Positions 59,740 through 64,000 of a stretch of 64,000 bases of DNA are shown piece by piece. The notes under the pieces are model-generated. The model saw only the letters and a list, made by a program, of their open reading frames with translations, was not told where the DNA came from and did no database searches. The DNA comes from Antedon mediterranea (taxonomy: Eukaryota > Animalia > Echinodermata): positions 20,184,912 to 20,248,911 of the forward strand of contig NC_092675.1 in NCBI RefSeq assembly GCF_964355755.1, in the 5' to 3' direction. The position numbers were made by a program, and so were the translations under genes. Each line of letters opens with the position of its first letter. The stretch's first letter is position 1.

Positions 59740-59985
59740 CTTTGTGAAAAACGAACCCACGACATACGTGTGTTAACACGACGCTCAGACGACTGAGCTA
59801 AATTACTGATCATTTTGGTTTTAGCAAGGTTAATAGGATATTTATGACGTAATGATCAATTACGTAATACACGTATAAATAGACTATTATCAGCTTTTCA
59901 GTCATGTACTTGGTGGCGTAACGGGTAATACTCCGTTTTGAGTGCTATCGGCTGGGGTTCGAACCTCGTCGGATATTTTTTTTTA
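59740..59985. mobile_element. repeat with two back-to-back tRNA-like cassettes
   Basis: Minus strand TAGCTCAGTCG...GGTTCG; plus strand TGGCGTAACGG...GGTTCGAACC...T9; homologous decayed copy at ~54960-55205. Confidence 0.6.
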
Positions 59986-61676
59986 ATGAATATTGGTTTT
60001 TTTTTAAAGAGAGATAAATAATAATAATAATATATAACACAATTAGAAACTCCAAAAAACAACAATTTAACTAATATCTTTTCTCTAACACATAAGTTTA
60101 AAACTAAAAAACAAGTAAAAAATAGATTATATAAATTATTTTAAAAATATCCTAATATGTCATTAATAAAAGAATTTACAAAGAACCTTCAACCAATAAT
60201 AGTTTAAATTGACGTTAAATAAAGCACCGTCCGTATACACTTGTTGATGTGTATAAACGCACACCGTCACTGCGTACGTATACGCCTATGAATGACAGCC
60301 TCGTTATGAAGACGTGTCACATGACAAACGTCTTCAAATATTCACAAACATTCCACCAATCAACTTAGTGACTTATTTCTATTTTATATTACTGTGCTCC
60401 ACTGTTGCTAAATTTGGTCCACTGAACCAGTTACCGTAGTACTATTTCTATTTCTATTTCGGAAGTAAATAAAGGCATAAATGGCGCTCCGTAGAAGTAG
60501 AGAATGTTCGATCGTCGAAATGACACTCTGAATATACCTCCACATTTTGGGGATTTGGCATTATTTTTCCCAATCTGGCATTATTGAGACAGGCTACAGA
60601 GTACAGCATAATTTAAATTATCAACGCTGACCAAAGAAGGAAGGATATTGACATTATCAATGACAATTTTATCCATCTTTAAATAAAATTACCAGGATTG
60701 GTGACATTTATAGAAACTTGCGTCGTCAACTCAGAGACTATAGTCATTCATTTTCCGTCCGGGTACGACGGTAAGTAAGGCCACTTGTGGCATCATGCAT
60801 GATGGAGTAATCTTCACTCCATGCTTGTGCTGGTATACTCGCTGCATCCTGCTAACAGGCGATGTGAAAATTGTACTCCCGTCCAATAACGACAATGGCC
60901 TTTATTTATTCGCGCGTTATTTATTACCGTTCTGCATTTTATGGCATTATCAATCAATCAACTTATCAATCAATATTGAAACACTAGTTATAGTTTATTA
61001 ATTTACAAAATTGAAAAGCAAAAGTGAACTTTTATTTATCTTTATATCCCCTGAATAATTATGCATATAAGAGCCCATGTTTGCGAGGAAAAAAAAGTAT
61101 AAAATACACCACTAAACAATGTGTCCACATATACTTAGATATTAAAAATCATAATCAATCAAGCCATCAAAATATAACCAAGCCTCACCAGTAAAAATTG
61201 AAAATTATACAAAATGGGATATTATGGATATATATATATATCGTATCCAGATATTCACCCCCTGGACATTTAGCCCCCGTAAAACTACCCCCGGACAACC
61301 ACCACCTGGACAACTACCCCCTTAGGACAACTACCCCTTTAGGACAACTACCCCCTGGACAAATATCCCCGGACAACTACCCGCTTAGGACAACAACCCC
61401 CTTAGGACAACTACCCCCTGGACAACTTTCCCCGGACAATTACCCCCTAGGAACAATTACCCCCTAGGAACAATTAACCCCACCGGGTAATTACCCCGCG
61501 GACAACTACCTCTGACACAATACTCCCCGTAGGACAACTACCTCCTGGACCTGGACAATACTCCGAGGGCAAATAATCTTTTAGCACAACTACCTCCGTA
61601 GGAAAACTAACCCCTGGACAACTACCACCCAGACAACTATCCCTTTAGAACAACTAACCCCCGGACTGACAACTAC

Positions 61677-61898
61677 CACCACCCAACATTCTGGATGTTT
61701 TTGGATTGCTTGAAAAGGGAACAGGCAATGAACGAAGTTGTGATCGGGTAAGCCCAAGCTGGTGCGCCACCTCCGGCGCAACGCAGAGCGTACAGACAAA
61801 CCAATCAACGTATTCTAAGGCTAGTAGAAGGCTATGGCGGTAGAGACACTTTAGATTTTTTAAGGGGTGTCTTCCATAACCTGCATTATGGTAGTTAG
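61677..61898 (+). pseudogene. MULE transposase C-terminal relic
   Basis: HHPTFWMFLDCLKREQAMNEVVIG*AQAGAPPPAQRRAYRQTNQRILRLVEGYGGRDTLDFLRGVFHNL fits the HP..W.F...L..EQ ... RI..LV..Y ... L.(F/Y)LRG..HN tail of FLYWCH-type MULE transposases; one internal stop. Confidence 0.75.
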
Positions 61899-62654
61899 TA
61901 GCCTTCAACATACCTTTTTATACTTTGTTTTTAAGTCAGTATAATTTTGATTGTCAAAATACTTTTCGCACTTGGTATCAACAAAAAAAGTCCCGAAAAT
62001 GGGATCATCTGGATTATTAACTCTAATGAAACTTAGTCTTTAAATATGGCTGGAAATATCATATTTGACATTTTGACCTTTTTATTCTTTCTATGTCTGT
62101 AGGAATTTAATGTTGGTCTCATATTGTTCAAAATATCAATGTTTCTATGTACTTCAATGAAAATGTTTCATAAAAAATGACATGAAATGCTACCTTTGAT
62201 TGTTGACATAATTTTTGCGTCAGGACAATGCTTCGATGACCACTGGTCTTAAAAGAATTAATTTTTGTCTCAAATTTGTCATGTATGTATTTTTGTACAC
62301 TTGATGAATAATATCACTTTTGATATTTGACCTCAATGTTCACTCACCGAATAAACGGCGATCTTTAAATAAATTCCTCTCAAATAAACGGTGACCATGT
62401 CACTCCCATGAAACATCATATGGAATAATCGGCATCTATTTCCATTAGATTATACCCCTCCCATCGAATAAACAACTTTCTTCCAATAAATGTCCACCTA
62501 AAAACCACCTGAACAATAAACAGCCCAGGCCGTTTTTTCAATAAATACGGTACTTTAAATCTAGCACATCTAGGGTCTAGCGTGCTGTTAAACAGAATAA
62601 TCGGTTAAAAACGGGTGTTTCGAAACTAGAGACCCGAGACCAGAGACCACAGAC

Positions 62655-62820
62655 CCACTACGAAAAGGGAGACCTAAATATACGAAAAGGGAGACCCACG
62701 TACGAAAAGGGAGACCCCACTATACGAAAAGGGAGACCCTAATATACGAAAAAGGAGACCTAAATATACGAAAAGGGAGACCCAAATATACGAAAAGGGA
62801 GACCCAAATATACAAAATGG
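62655..62820. repeat. ~21-22-bp tandem repeat TATACGAAAAGGGAGACCCAAA, ~8 copies
   Basis: Directly visible; preceded by GGGTGTTTCGAAAC and short GAGACC repeats. Confidence 0.9.
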
Positions 62821-64000
62821 AGTAGTTGTCCTGGGGGTATTTGTCCTGGGGGTATTTGTCCAGGGGGTAGTTGTCCTAAGGGAGGGGGTGTTGTCCGGGG
62901 GGTAGTTGAACCGGGGGTAGTTGACCGGGGGTAGTTATCCTAAGGGGGTAGTTATCCTAAGGTAGTTGAACCGGGGGTAGTTGAACCGGGGGAGTTATCC
63001 GGGGGGTTGTTGTCCTAAGGGGGTAGTTGTCGTCCTAAGGGGGTAGTTGTCCTAAGGGCGTAGTTGTCCGGGGAGTAGTTGTCCTGGGGTAGTTGTCCTA
63101 AGGGGGTAGTTGTCCGGGTGGTAAACATCGGGGGATAACTGTCTAGGGGGTAGGTGTCCTAGAACCATATATATATATATGAAAATGTTGTTGAAAAGTG
63201 ATATTGTACTTTGAATCTTGGTGCCAACCTAATTATAGCTTTAACATTAATAAATACTGTAGGCCTATTGTATAACTTTAAAAAAGAAATCACAGATATA
63301 TAGGAAATAATGTTTCTTTGAAGGAATAAAATGTATAGGCCTATACTTGATGTCAAACTTTCCAGACGGGTATATCGCTTTAAGCGATGCATGCGCATCA
63401 ACCAAAGACGAGGTTGAAACATCAGATTCTCTTATGTATAAAGAAATGTCTTATCACTGTTCATTCAAAACAGAGATACTCAAACACATTTATTTATTTT
63501 ATTTGTTCTTTCTTTAAAGCCCCCTTCCCTACGTTTTTTAGATCTAATTTAAGATCACAAACTATATTTAATGTAAAAATAATACTATATGGTCCTATTG
63601 CGATAACTTTGTCTTTAAAAGGTTTAAAATGTGAAAAATAAGTCGATTCTAATAATTATAGCGGCCCGCTATAAATCCCAAAATGCATTGCGCGCGGATT
63701 GATATTTTTGTTTTTCACCTGTAATTCGCCCACTTTTCGATCGATCGTGAGGCCAAAACAAATGGAAGACTCCTAACTTTTCAGCAAAAATACCGGGTTT
63801 TCCCCAATTTGTATCAACGGAGTCTGGCAAAAATAGAAAGACAATTAATGCAGCAACTATACAACGTCAGGCTAGGTATATAGCTAGCGTACGATGTTCG
63901 TACGTTACCGATGTTTACCAGCTAGGCCTACAGAACTAAGGCTAGGCTAGGCCTAAGACCGTCCACGAGAGGTCGATCGCCGCGAGCTACTTAGGTAGTG

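Larger units (their letters stand above)
61242..63166 (+). mobile_element. internally deleted Mutator-like (MULE/Phantom-type) element in a (TA)n tract
   Basis: GGACAACTACCCC arrays at 61242-61680 and inverted at 62819-63166; (AT)n on both sides; the paralog has the empty site; transposase C-terminal relic inside. Confidence 0.82.
60631..63518 (+). repeat. ~1-kb duplicated segment, copy 2, split by a MULE insertion
   Basis: 60631-61241 and 63167-63518 align collinearly to 41447-42453. Confidence 0.9.

Noticed and set aside
60481-60531. Mini-ORF MALRRSRECS resembling the CHSY1 start MAMRRSRLYS
   Set aside because: It is on the opposite strand relative to the duplicated segment, has little nucleotide identity and stops after 16 codons; likely chance.
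62655-62820. CGAAAAGGGAGACC repeats with slightly variable linkers, CRISPR-like
   Set aside because: Linkers are only ~6-9 nt and similar to one another; this is a minisatellite inside a transposon.

Overview
AT-rich animal genomic DNA with spliceosomal introns; the repeat content suggests a marine invertebrate deuterostome, which is inference only. Left: the last five coding exons of EFL1 (+). Middle: a complete two-coding-exon chondroitin sulfate synthase gene (CHSY1-like, -, ~16 kb intron) and, downstream of it, a Reeler-domain-like fragment. Right: a ~1 kb segment present twice (41.4 kb and 60.6-63.5 kb) brackets a truncated Penelope-like retroelement with a hammerhead-like motif and a ~7.5 kb C2H2 zinc-finger array. 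Only the first 16 fingers of that array are in frame; the rest kept amplifying as a higher-order repeat after acquiring frameshifts and stops. The window is dense with non-autonomous elements (Helitrons, Kolobok-like, pogo-like, hAT-like with 5- or 6-bp TSDs, a foldback, a (TA)n-inserted MULE derivative, SINEs). It also holds tiny TSD-flanked palindromes that look like P-element excision footprints. All calls were made by eye; no database search was run.
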